From assembly GCA_964548595.1 (NCBI GenBank), contig CAZJQO010000003.1, forward strand, positions 1-35,521: a DNA stretch of 35,521 bases. The letters are read 5' to 3'. Source of the stretch: Candidatus Micrarchaeota archaeon. Lineage in GTDB: Archaea; Micrarchaeota; Micrarchaeia; Micrarchaeales; CABMGC01. The notes beneath the pieces are model-generated. The model was not told the origin of the DNA. It ran no database searches and saw nothing but the letters and a program-made list of their open reading frames with translations. Shown here one piece after another: positions 16,515 through 25,044 of this stretch. How positions within the stretch are numbered: the first letter of the stretch is position 1; the number at the start of each line of letters is the position of its first letter. The position numbers and the translations under genes are program-made.

Positions 16515-17609
16515 ATGGGGAAGCAGACGGCAGAGAAGCTCGAGGGGCTTGGCAAGAGCATAATACACGACATAGACTCCGGCAGGAACCCGAAGTTCGT
16601 CACAGCGGCCAGGACAAGGAGCAACATACACTTCGACAAGAAAAACGGCTTCCTGACGCTGGGCGGCGCGAAGGAGGAGAGGAATTTCATAAACGTGGCC
16701 CAGAGCAAGAGGTTCATGCAGACAATAGCCATAGCGGCCAAGTGCCACAAGTTCCTGGCCGAGGACCTGCACACCACGATAAGAGGCCTTTTCTACCAGC
16801 TGAAGTTCTCGCTCGGTGAGGACGTTGACGAGAGCATCTTCAGCGAGCAGACCGAGAGCAACCCGCTCATAGAGGACCTTGAGGTTTCGCTCGGGGTCAA
16901 GAGGGAGGAGCTGAACCTGAACGCCACAAGGCGCGGAGTGCTGGCAGGCAACCTGAAGGTGGTTGACACTTTCGGAAACGAGAAGCAGACGATAGACGCC
17001 AGCAAGATGGGAAGGAGCGGGTGGGCGATACCGAGCGACGTGGATAACGAGATAGAGTTCAAGGATGTCGACGCCAAGTATGTCATCGTGGTGGAGAAGG
17101 ACGCGCTCTGGCAGAGGCTGAATGAGGACAAGTTCTGGAAGAAGGAGAACTGCATACTTATAACGCCGCAGGGCCAGGCGACGAGGGGGGTCAGGAGGCT
17201 CATAAGAAAGCTGGCGGACAAGGGACTGCCCGTTTATGTCTTCACTGATTCCGATGCGTGGGGCTGGTACATCTACTGGACCATAAAGACAGGCAGCATA
17301 AACCTGGCTTACATGGGCGGGAATGTCGCAACCCCCGAGGCCAGGTTCCTTGGAGTGACAATGTCTGACCTTGACAAGTACGAATTCCTGAAGAAGCTCA
17401 CCATAAAGGCCAGCGAGGTCGACCTCAAGCGCGCCCAGGAGATGCTGCAGTACGAGTGGATAAAGAAGCACAAGGAGTGGGTGGTGGAGCTGGAGCGCAT
17501 GATAAAGAGCAAGCTCAAGCTAGAGCAGGATGCGCTGCAGGGCCCCAAGCTCACTTTCGTGGACGAGTACATAAGGGAAAAGATAAAGAACAACGACGTG
17601 TTGCCCTGA
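16515..17609 (+). CDS. top6A: DNA topoisomerase VI subunit A (Spo11 homolog)
   Basis: Catalytic Tyr context 'TIRGLFYQ'. Toprim motifs are 'VIVVEKDA' and 'FTDSDAWGWYIY' (DxD). The ATG lies 2 nt after the lonB stop. No top6B is adjacent. Confidence 0.9.
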   Translation: MGKQTAEKLEGLGKSIIHDIDSGRNPKFVTAARTRSNIHFDKKNGFLTLGGAKEERNFINVAQSKRFMQTIAIAAKCHKFLAEDLHTTIRGLFYQLKFSLGEDVDESIFSEQTESNPLIEDLEVSLGVKREELNLNATRRGVLAGNLKVVDTFGNEKQTIDASKMGRSGWAIPSDVDNEIEFKDVDAKYVIVVEKDALWQRLNEDKFWKKENCILITPQGQATRGVRRLIRKLADKGLPVYVFTDSDAWGWYIYWTIKTGSINLAYMGGNVATPEARFLGVTMSDLDKYEFLKKLTIKASEVDLKRAQEMLQYEWIKKHKEWVVELERMIKSKLKLEQDALQGPKLTFVDEYIREKIKNNDVLP

Positions 17610-17643
17610 TTCTCCCCCCGCGGCGCATATGCAGGCGCAAATA

Positions 17644-17648
17644 TTTTT
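17644..17648 (+). terminator. oligo-T tract downstream of top6A
   Basis: A T5 run lies 35 nt after the top6A stop, in the only sizeable convergent spacer (59 nt). Archaeal RNAP terminates at oligo-dT. Weak evidence. Confidence 0.3.
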
Positions 17649-17668
17649 GGAGGATGCTGTGGTATCGT

Positions 17669-19018
17669 TCACTGGTGCATGGTGCCTAGAGTCTGCAGGT
17701 CTATCTTCTCAAGCGCCTTCTTCGGGTCCCGGTAATATTCCCTGACGAACTCGCTTATCCCCTTAAGGTCCCTTATGCCCAGCTTGTTCAGCCGCTCGAG
17801 TATCTTGCCCCTGCGCTGCTCCTCTATCACTATCTCTGTAGGTGTGTAGCCTGTGAGCTTTGCTAGCGTGTCCCTGTATGTAACGCTCGGAAGCACGTCG
17901 GAGCTCTTGTGCGTCTTGTAGTCGTAGGTGTAGAGGTCGGAGAGCAGCACCTGAGTCTCTATGCCCGAGATTTCGCTTACCTGCGTTATCTTCCTGGTGA
18001 ACTGCCCGCTCTCATTCACCTGCGACACTATTATGATGGCGTCTATGAGCGGCACTAGGTCCATCTCGACATCCATGGGCGTGTGCTCCAGCCTGGTGAT
18101 GACGTCCCTGGATGTGCTGGCGTGTATCGTGCCAATCGCTATCTTGCCTATGTTCATGGCGGTCATCATGTCCTTCGCCTCGTCCCCGCGCACCTCGCCT
18201 ATTATTATAAGGTCGGGCCTCATCCTGAGCGAGTTCTTGACGAGCTCGTCCATCTGCAGAATCGGCGTTGTCTCGAGCCTTACAGTGTTCTCCTGCGTCT
18301 CCGTGTTTAGCTCGTATGTTTCCTCTATCACAACAACGCGCTGCTCGGGCCTGAAGAAGCTGAACATAGCGTTGAGCAGCGTTGTCTTGCCGCTGGCGGG
18401 CATGCCCCCGATGAGCAGGTTGGCGGGCCTTACCTTAAGGCCTTCGGTGTAGAGCCAGAGCCTTCCGGCGAGGTTGTAGCTCAGTTCGCCGGCGTTTATC
18501 AGGTCTATTATGCTTAGCGCGTTCCTCTTGAAGTTTCGCACCGTTATGTCCGCGCCCAGAGGCGAATCCACTATGTTTACGCGTGAGCCGTTGGGCAGGT
18601 GCACGTCGAAGATGCGCTTGCCTGACACTTCAGTGGTAGCGTACATCTTCAGCTTCCTAACAAGCTGGTCCAGCTCCTTCTTGCTTACGACCCCGTCCTG
18701 CACTTTCTCGTAGCCCCTGCCGCTCTTGTAAACGAACATGTTGGAGGTGTTGTTTACCATTATGTCCTCTACGCTGTCGTCGCTCAGGTACTTGTCCAGA
18801 GGCCCAAATATTTTGGAATCTGCAATTACCTTGTGCACGTCCTCTGGCGTGACGGCCGGGGACACGGTTTTGGCGATATTCTCTATGAGCCTGTTCCTGT
18901 CCGCTTCTTCAGACAGCCTGCTCAGCTTGCTGTCCAGCGCGTCAAATATCCTGGCCTCGAAAGAGTAGAAATCATCCGGCTGCATCATCAGATCAGCACT
19001 TTTATATTGTCTGCTCAA
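17669..19018 (-). CDS. type II/IV secretion-system ATPase (archaeal pilus/archaellum assembly ATPase, FlaI/PilB/VirB11 family)
   Basis: Walker A 'GGMPASGKTTLLNAM', Asp-box/Walker B 'PDLIIIGEVRGDEA' and His box 'GTIHAST'. The longest ORF starts at TTG 19018. An ATG alternative is at 18988. Confidence 0.85.
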   Translation of the reverse strand: MSRQYKSADLMMQPDDFYSFEARIFDALDSKLSRLSEEADRNRLIENIAKTVSPAVTPEDVHKVIADSKIFGPLDKYLSDDSVEDIMVNNTSNMFVYKSGRGYEKVQDGVVSKKELDQLVRKLKMYATTEVSGKRIFDVHLPNGSRVNIVDSPLGADITVRNFKRNALSIIDLINAGELSYNLAGRLWLYTEGLKVRPANLLIGGMPASGKTTLLNAMFSFFRPEQRVVVIEETYELNTETQENTVRLETTPILQMDELVKNSLRMRPDLIIIGEVRGDEAKDMMTAMNIGKIAIGTIHASTSRDVITRLEHTPMDVEMDLVPLIDAIIIVSQVNESGQFTRKITQVSEISGIETQVLLSDLYTYDYKTHKSSDVLPSVTYRDTLAKLTGYTPTEIVIEEQRRGKILERLNKLGIRDLKGISEFVREYYRDPKKALEKIDLQTLGTMHQ

Positions 19019-19051
19019 GCTTTAAAGTTTTGGTTGCCTGTGCCGCATGCT

Positions 19052-19525
19052 TCACGTGAACCTGAGCGAGAGCTTGCCTAACGCCAGACCCGGCAGTCCG
19101 CTGATCTCGTCGGTGTAGTTCAGCAGCACCGAGCCCGTGAACAAGCGGCCGGTGCTTCCAGAGACAGCTGTCCCGTTGTCGTAGCACTGCACCGAGAAAG
19201 TGTATTCGGAGCCAACGGGCATGAAGACCTGGTTGCTCGGCGGATTGTATGGCGCCTGCATGTCGGTTACGGTGCCTTCCGAGTTGCATCCGACTGCGGT
19301 CACGTTTATCGGGTCGCTGGTGGATTGCGCTACAGTGACCTCGAGCATGCCATTTGTGCTCAGCGAGTAGCTTTGGCAGCTGAAGCCTGACTCCAGCACG
19401 CACTGCTCAAGATGGGTGCCGGAAGTGAAAATGCCACTCGATGCGATAACCGCAAGCGCTATGGCTATTATGAGCACCGCCCAGCCGTATGTGGTAAGAT
19501 ACTCCAGAGCCGCCTGCAGCCTCAT
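19052..19525 (-). CDS. archaeal type IV pilin-like protein (class III signal peptide)
   Basis: N-terminus MRLQAALEYLTTYGWAVLIIAIALAVIA matches the archaeal prepilin pattern: a short charged leader, then (A/S)xEYLxTYGWA plus a hydrophobic helix. It lies directly upstream of the ATPase on the same strand. Confidence 0.7.
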   Translation of the reverse strand: MRLQAALEYLTTYGWAVLIIAIALAVIASSGIFTSGTHLEQCVLESGFSCQSYSLSTNGMLEVTVAQSTSDPINVTAVGCNSEGTVTDMQAPYNPPSNQVFMPVGSEYTFSVQCYDNGTAVSGSTGRLFTGSVLLNYTDEISGLPGLALGKLSLRFT

Positions 19526-19563
19526 GCTTAAGCATATGCGAAAAGGATTAAATTAGCTTCCTG

Positions 19564-20172
19564 CTACACCAGCGCCTCGTATATTTCTGCAGCTCCGCGC
19601 AGCAGTGAGAAAGCAACAACCATAGCGGCAAGGGCGTAGCCCACGGCCAGAGGCAGGCCTGCTATGAATACCAGCGCGAGATAGATGAAAGCCAGCGCCT
19701 TGAGAGCCCCATACAGGCCCCTGCTGAAGTGCGAAGAGGCAATCCTGCCGAAGCCGGTATGCATGCTGGAGAACGACTTGCCGCGCCTGAGTACAAGGAA
19801 ATCGGAAAGCGTGTTCCTCGCAAACACAATCACGAAGATGAACCATGGCAGTATGGAGAGGAGGGTGAAGAGCAGCCAGAAGCCGTACTCGACAAGCCTG
19901 TCAACAGCTATGTCGAAGTATGCGGCATACGATGGCATGTGCCTGGGGAACCTCTTCTTCCTATTTCCTTTCGCCTCGTCCAGCAGGTACTTGCCGAAGT
20001 CCACCGGTGAGTGCTCGCCGAGAGCGGCCATGTAGCCGTCGAGGGAGTCTGAAAGGAACAGTGTTATTATCAGCAGCACTGCTGCCACGGCGTTGATCTT
20101 GACGGCCACAGCGTAGAGTACCACGAAGAGGAATAGTATTCGCAACGAAGTTATCAGGTCGGCGCTTCTCAT
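19564..20172 (-). CDS. CDP-alcohol phosphatidyltransferase-like membrane protein (divergent)
   Basis: Only the C-terminal 202 codons (from ATG 20172) of the 406-aa track ORF are accepted. The protein is multi-TM. 'SDSLDGYMAA' plus 'AAYFDIAVDRL' resembles D-G-x2-A-R...G-x3-D-x3-D, but with Arg replaced by Ala, Gly replaced by Ala, and a ~26-aa insertion. Confidence 0.5.
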   Translation of the reverse strand: MRSADLITSLRILFLFVVLYAVAVKINAVAAVLLIITLFLSDSLDGYMAALGEHSPVDFGKYLLDEAKGNRKKRFPRHMPSYAAYFDIAVDRLVEYGFWLLFTLLSILPWFIFVIVFARNTLSDFLVLRRGKSFSSMHTGFGRIASSHFSRGLYGALKALAFIYLALVFIAGLPLAVGYALAAMVVAFSLLRGAAEIYEALV

Positions 20173-20201
20173 CGAAAACAAGAGAGTATAAGACGCAAAC
20201 C

Positions 20202-20215
20202 TTATAATATTAAAG
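20202..20215. promoter_or_regulatory. shared AT-rich TATA-like element in a 69-nt divergent spacer
   Basis: 'ttataatattaaag' has a palindromic core taatatta (20205-20212). It lies about 36 nt from the minus-strand ATG (20172) and about 34 nt from the ileS start (20242). Confidence 0.3.
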
Positions 20216-20241
20216 ACAGGAATTAGCACGTGCCAACGTGA

Positions 20242-23200
20242 GTGGTCTGCTTGCTTGATCTTAGGAAAAAAGAGAGCGATGTGCTGAAGTACTGGAGCGA
20301 GCACAGCGTGAACAAAAGCGTTGACGCGAAGAACGCAAACGGCAAGAAATTTTTTTTCCTTGACGGCCCTCCGTACGCATATTCCGAATTGGCATCGCAC
20401 CACATCTGGGTGGGGACGACAAAGGATATGGTGCTCAGGTACAAGCGTTACAGGGGCTTCGCTGTGCACGACCGCGCCGGCTTCGACGTGCACGGCCTGC
20501 CAACCGAGAACAAGGTAGAGAGGAAGCTGGGCGTAAAGTCCAAGATTGAGATAGAGGAGAAGATAGGCATAGGGAATTTCGTTGGCGAGTGCCGCAAGCT
20601 CATAGACGAGGGCGTGGAAAAAAGCGTGGCTACGCTTACAAGATTCGGCAGCTCGCTCGATTTCGAGAACGCGTATCTGCCGCTCCGCAACGAGTACATG
20701 GACAAGGAGTGGCGCATATTCAAGAAGATCTACGACAGGGGGCTCATTTACAAGGGGCTGAAGCCGCTCGCTTACTGCCCGCACTGCGAGACAGTGCTAG
20801 CGGCGCAGGGGCCTGAGATAGTGTACGAGGATGAGAAAGACGTGTCGCTTTTTGTAGCCTTCAAGGTACTCGGGGGCAAGGCAGGCAGGCTCGCGCTGGA
20901 GAACGACACGTATCTGGTGGTTTGGACAACCACTCCGTGGACGCTTCCGGCCAACGTTGCGATAGCTGCAAACCCCAGGGAGATGTATGTTCTGGCTAAG
21001 ATCGGAGACAACAACTACATACTTGCAAAGGAGAGGCTTGATGATTACGCACAGCTCGTAGGCGCCAACCCTGTTGTAGTAAAGGAATTCTACGGAAGCG
21101 AGCTGGAAAGCGTGCGTTACTCCAGCCCTCTTGAGGAAAAGGTGCCGAAGCAGAAGGAGCTCGGCAAGTACCACAAGGTGCTGTTGAGCAGTGCTTTCGT
21201 GAACGCAGGCGAGGGGAGCGGGCTGCTCCACGTCGCTCCGGGTCACGGTGCCGAGGACGCGAAACTCGGCACGGAGCATAAGCTGCCAGTATTCTCGCCT
21301 GTTGACAGCCACGCGAAATACACAAGCGAAGCTGGCAGCTACTCCGGCCTTTCTGTGCCCGATGAGGCAAACAAGCGCGTTCTGGAAGACCTCAGGGCAA
21401 GCGGAGCGCTGCTTGCGCTGGGCAGCGTGACGCACAGCTACCCGCATTGCGAGAGGTGCAATTCCAGGCTCATCTACCTCGCTACTGAGCAGTGGTTCCT
21501 GAACGTGCAGCGCATAAAGAAGCGCATGCTAAAGGAGAACGCAAAGGTAAAGTGGTATCCTCCTTTCTCCAAGGTGTGGTTCGATGACGCGCTGAAGAGC
21601 TCGCCAGACTGGACCATCTCCAGGCAGAGGTACTGGGGAACGCCGATGCCAATCTGGAGCTGCGGCAACTGCGGCAGCATAGAGGTCATTGGCTCGATCG
21701 ATGAGCTGACGAGCAGGGCCGGGCTCAAGGAGCCCCTGAGCGACATGCACAGGCCCTACATAGACGCCGTAAGCATCAGATGCGGCAGGTGCGGGGGCGA
21801 GACGAAGCGCATAAAAGACATACTCGATGTCTGGTATGATGCCGGTGTTTCGCACACTGCCAGCCTCTCTGATGACGAGTTCGGAAGGCTTTTCCCTGCC
21901 GACTGGATAAGCGAGAGCCTGGACCAGCTAAGGGGCTGGTTCAGCACTCTGCTGCGCACGAGCGTGGCGGCATACGGGAAGGGCCCCTTCAGGAGCGTAA
22001 GCATCGGGGGCATGATAAAGGATGAACTGGGCCAGGAGATGCACAGGCACCTGGGCAACGCGGTGAGCGCAGACGAGCTGCTGGGCCTGACGAGTGCTGA
22101 CGGCTTCAGGCTCTGGTGCTCGAGCCATCCGAGATGGGGCGAGCTTAAGCTGAAGAAGGAGGAGATGCTTGAGGCCGACAGGGACATAATAACACTCTAT
22201 AACACGGCCGAGCTCGTTAAGGAGCTCGCGGCGCTGTCCGGCATAGACACAAGAGAGCTGCGCAGGCCGTCTGCAAGGGGCATGAGCGATGCTGATGCAT
22301 GGATGCTGTCAAGGCTCAACACGCTGACGGGCAGCTGCACGCAGAACCTGGACAACTACCTGCTCGATGTTGCGGTGCGCGACATAAGGAGCTTCGTAAT
22401 AGAGGATTTCAGCAGGTTCTATTTGAGGCTGGCCAAGAAGCACGCTTCGTATTCGAACAGGCGCGGGCTCAGGCAGCTAGCAAACCTAGCGGCCTACGTG
22501 CTCAGGAACACTCTTGTTCTGGCATCGATAACTGCGCCATTCGCAACAGAAAGCATATACCAGGAGCTGTTCAGCAAAGATAACGCGAGCATATTCATGA
22601 ACTCATGGCCCAGGGCAAGGGAGAGGGACAAGAACAAGGCGCTTGAGGCTGATTTCGAAATAGCAAGGAACGCAATAACGGCGCTGCTGAACAGCAGGGA
22701 GAAGGCTGAAGTTAGGCTGCGCTGGCCCATTGCAAGCGGCAGGCTGGAAGTGAAGGACGGGGAGGTGCAGGCGGCGCTGGAGAGGATGTCGGGGCTCATA
22801 GAGGAATACACCAACATAAAGGAGCTGAAGGTGAAACGCGTTCAGGGTTTCGCCAGGGAGATAAGGCCCATGTTCGGCAGGATAGGGCCCGAGTTCAAGG
22901 AGAAGGCGCAGGCTGTGGGAGACGCGCTCGCCGGGTCGGATGCCGACGAGATAGAGCGCGAGATAGCCACCAGGGGCTACTATCCGCTGCATACGAGCAT
23001 GGGCGTGGCGAACATAACAAAGGAGCATTTCACAATAAACGAGAAGCTCGAGGCAGACAACGCGATACCGTTCAGCCACGGAATGGCAAGCGTCGACGCG
23101 CAGCTGAGCAAGGAGCTGCTTGGCGAGGCGATGGTGCGCGAGTTCGAGCGCAGGGTGCAGCTTGCAAGGAAGGAGCTGCGGCTCGGGAAGGCTGACAAGA

Positions 23201-23379
23201 TACGCGTCTACTACGCGACCGGGCCCGATATGGCAGGCATAGTAGCTGCAAACACGAACATGATAAAGAAGGACGTGAACGCCAGGGAACTGAAGGCGGG
23301 AATAAAGGACGAAGCGCGGGCCATGGAGTTTGACATCGAAGACGAGAAGCTCAGGCTGGCGATAGAGAAAATTGGCTAG
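20242..23379 (+). CDS. ileS: isoleucyl-tRNA synthetase
   Basis: 1045 aa. Motifs include 'FLDGPPYA', 'GFDVHGLPTE', the editing-domain 'WTTTPWTLPAN', Zn-binding CPHCE/CERCNS and CGNCG/CGRCG pairs, and 'DVWYDAG'. The HIGH and KMSKS positions are non-canonical (see findings). GTG start; the exact start is uncertain. Confidence 0.9.
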   Translation: MVCLLDLRKKESDVLKYWSEHSVNKSVDAKNANGKKFFFLDGPPYAYSELASHHIWVGTTKDMVLRYKRYRGFAVHDRAGFDVHGLPTENKVERKLGVKSKIEIEEKIGIGNFVGECRKLIDEGVEKSVATLTRFGSSLDFENAYLPLRNEYMDKEWRIFKKIYDRGLIYKGLKPLAYCPHCETVLAAQGPEIVYEDEKDVSLFVAFKVLGGKAGRLALENDTYLVVWTTTPWTLPANVAIAANPREMYVLAKIGDNNYILAKERLDDYAQLVGANPVVVKEFYGSELESVRYSSPLEEKVPKQKELGKYHKVLLSSAFVNAGEGSGLLHVAPGHGAEDAKLGTEHKLPVFSPVDSHAKYTSEAGSYSGLSVPDEANKRVLEDLRASGALLALGSVTHSYPHCERCNSRLIYLATEQWFLNVQRIKKRMLKENAKVKWYPPFSKVWFDDALKSSPDWTISRQRYWGTPMPIWSCGNCGSIEVIGSIDELTSRAGLKEPLSDMHRPYIDAVSIRCGRCGGETKRIKDILDVWYDAGVSHTASLSDDEFGRLFPADWISESLDQLRGWFSTLLRTSVAAYGKGPFRSVSIGGMIKDELGQEMHRHLGNAVSADELLGLTSADGFRLWCSSHPRWGELKLKKEEMLEADRDIITLYNTAELVKELAALSGIDTRELRRPSARGMSDADAWMLSRLNTLTGSCTQNLDNYLLDVAVRDIRSFVIEDFSRFYLRLAKKHASYSNRRGLRQLANLAAYVLRNTLVLASITAPFATESIYQELFSKDNASIFMNSWPRARERDKNKALEADFEIARNAITALLNSREKAEVRLRWPIASGRLEVKDGEVQAALERMSGLIEEYTNIKELKVKRVQGFAREIRPMFGRIGPEFKEKAQAVGDALAGSDADEIEREIATRGYYPLHTSMGVANITKEHFTINEKLEADNAIPFSHGMASVDAQLSKELLGEAMVREFERRVQLARKELRLGKADKIRVYYATGPDMAGIVAANTNMIKKDVNARELKAGIKDEARAMEFDIEDEKLRLAIEKIG

Positions 23380-23592
23380 CTACTGCTGACTTACCGCTAC
23401 CGCCTGCGAAAGCTCCGAGTGCTTGTACGTCTTCCTTTTAGCCATCGCGCCCCAGCAGTCCTTGCAGATTACTAGCCTGACTATCTTTGTCTTCCTCTTG
23501 GAGCTCTTCACGCAGTCGACGCAGATCTTCCTGCCGCAGTAGTTGCAGACGTCGTGCTTGTAAACCTCCCTGCCGCATCTCTCGCATCGCAT
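23380..23592 (-). CDS. small zinc-finger protein with four CxxC motifs
   Basis: 70 aa with an ATG start. The motifs are CERC, CNYC, CVDC and CKDC, predicting two Zn sites, and the C-terminus is basic. Its stop abuts the ileS stop (TAGCTA). Confidence 0.55.
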   Translation of the reverse strand: MRCERCGREVYKHDVCNYCGRKICVDCVKSSKRKTKIVRLVICKDCWGAMAKRKTYKHSELSQAVAVSQQ

Positions 23593-23708
23593 TGCAATTC
23601 ACTCTTTCCAAATGCGTTAGGTAGTGAAGGTATAAAAACACGTAACAGGCCGGTCGCCAGCCCGGGGCGACAAAAGGGATTAAAAAGAGAGAACGCCAAG
23701 TCTGCAGC

Positions 23709-25040
23709 ATGTACTCTGAGGAGCTCGAGAGGCTGCTGGCAGAGAAGGGGATAGCGCCCGGCGACAGGATAAAGGTCTTGGTAAGGGGCAGGACGTTCGA
23801 GGGCATACTGATGCAGAGGCCTGAATTCGGAGACAGCAGCGCGCTTGTGCTCAAGCTCGTAAACGGCTACAACATAGGCGTACGCGCCGGCAGCAGGCCT
23901 AAACTGGAAAAGGTGGATGGAAAGAAGGCAAGATTCGAGTTCCCAAAAGCGCATCTTACAAGGAAGGAAGGCCTGCCCGATGTCACTATAATAGCCACCG
24001 GAGGCACGATAGGCAGCAAAATTGATTACGAGACAGGCGGCGTTCACATGCTGGTAGAGCCCGAGGAGCTGCTCTATGAGGTCCCCGAGCTTAGAGACAT
24101 CGCAAACTTCAAAGTGGTAAATCTGATGAGCATAAGCAGCGAGGACATGATGTACAGCGATTGGCAGCTGATTGCTAAGGCAACGGCCAAGGCGCTCTCG
24201 CAGTCAAGGGGAGTCGTGATAACAATCGGAACAGACACGATGCACTACGCCTCGGCCGCGCTTTCATTCATGCTCGACGGTATAAACGGCCCTGTGGTGC
24301 TTACAGGCTCGCAGAGGAGCAGCGATCGCGGTTCAAGCGACGCCTTCATGAATCTCGCGTGCTCGGCGCGCCTGGCCGCGAGCGCCAACGTGGCTGAGGT
24401 CGGCATCTGCATGCACGCCACATCATCAGACACCTCGTGCGCCTTCATGAGAGGCACGAGGGTCAGGAAGATGCATACAACCAGGCGCGACGCGTTCAAG
24501 CCCATCAACTCGCAGCCCATAGCCAACGTGACCATTGAAGGAGGGATAACATACGTAGACGACAGCAGGGTGAGGATCGAGGACGGCGGCAGGGAGCTGC
24601 GCGTGCTCCAGGGATACGAGCCGAGAGTGGCGCTGCTGAAGTTCTACCCCAACTCGGATCCTGAGATACTTGATTACTACATAAGGAAGAAGTACAAGGG
24701 CGTCATAATAGAGGGGACTGGCATGGGGCACGTTGCGGTATCGCCCCGCGATGAGAGATACTCGTGGCTGGGCCACATAAAAAGGGCCGTCGATTCCGGG
24801 ATGATAGTGGGCATGACCTCGCAGTGCATAAACGGCAGGGTGAACACCAACGTCTACAGGAACCTGAGGCTCATAGCGGGCACCGGAGCCACATACTGCG
24901 AGGACATGATTCCCGAAGTCGCTCTGGTGAAGCTTGGCGTGCTGCTGGGCAACTACAGGAAAAAGGAGGCGGCGCGGCTGCTGGCAAAGAACATGGCCGG
25001 AGAGATAAGCGAGAGGAGCGCTGCCAACCAGCTCTGGTGA
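23709..25040 (+). CDS. gatD: Glu-tRNA(Gln) amidotransferase subunit D
   Basis: N-terminal GatD domain, then asparaginase-like motifs 'IIATGGTIGSK' and 'GTDTM'. It lies immediately upstream of gatE. Confidence 0.9.
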   Translation: MYSEELERLLAEKGIAPGDRIKVLVRGRTFEGILMQRPEFGDSSALVLKLVNGYNIGVRAGSRPKLEKVDGKKARFEFPKAHLTRKEGLPDVTIIATGGTIGSKIDYETGGVHMLVEPEELLYEVPELRDIANFKVVNLMSISSEDMMYSDWQLIAKATAKALSQSRGVVITIGTDTMHYASAALSFMLDGINGPVVLTGSQRSSDRGSSDAFMNLACSARLAASANVAEVGICMHATSSDTSCAFMRGTRVRKMHTTRRDAFKPINSQPIANVTIEGGITYVDDSRVRIEDGGRELRVLQGYEPRVALLKFYPNSDPEILDYYIRKKYKGVIIEGTGMGHVAVSPRDERYSWLGHIKRAVDSGMIVGMTSQCINGRVNTNVYRNLRLIAGTGATYCEDMIPEVALVKLGVLLGNYRKKEAARLLAKNMAGEISERSAANQLW

Positions 25041-25044
25041 GATT

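Noticed and set aside
16362-17471. 369-aa minus-strand ORF nearly co-extensive with top6A
   Set aside because: It is a shadow ORF of top6A, which carries clear Spo11/Toprim motifs. The translation has junk-like composition and no recognisable domain.
20350-20357. T8 homopolymer ~110 nt into ileS (possible archaeal oligo-T terminator, attenuator or slippery site)
   Set aside because: It encodes KKFFFL in frame, within the conserved 'f.f.DGPPYA' context, and the reading frame is intact on both sides. There is no supporting structure. It is worth remembering only if Term-seq data exist.
20173-20784. N-terminal ~200 codons of the 406-aa ORF 19564..20784
   Set aside because: This part is antisense to the ileS 5' region and crosses the AT-rich promoter spacer. 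Only the C-terminal 202 codons (from ATG 20172) look like a real membrane protein.
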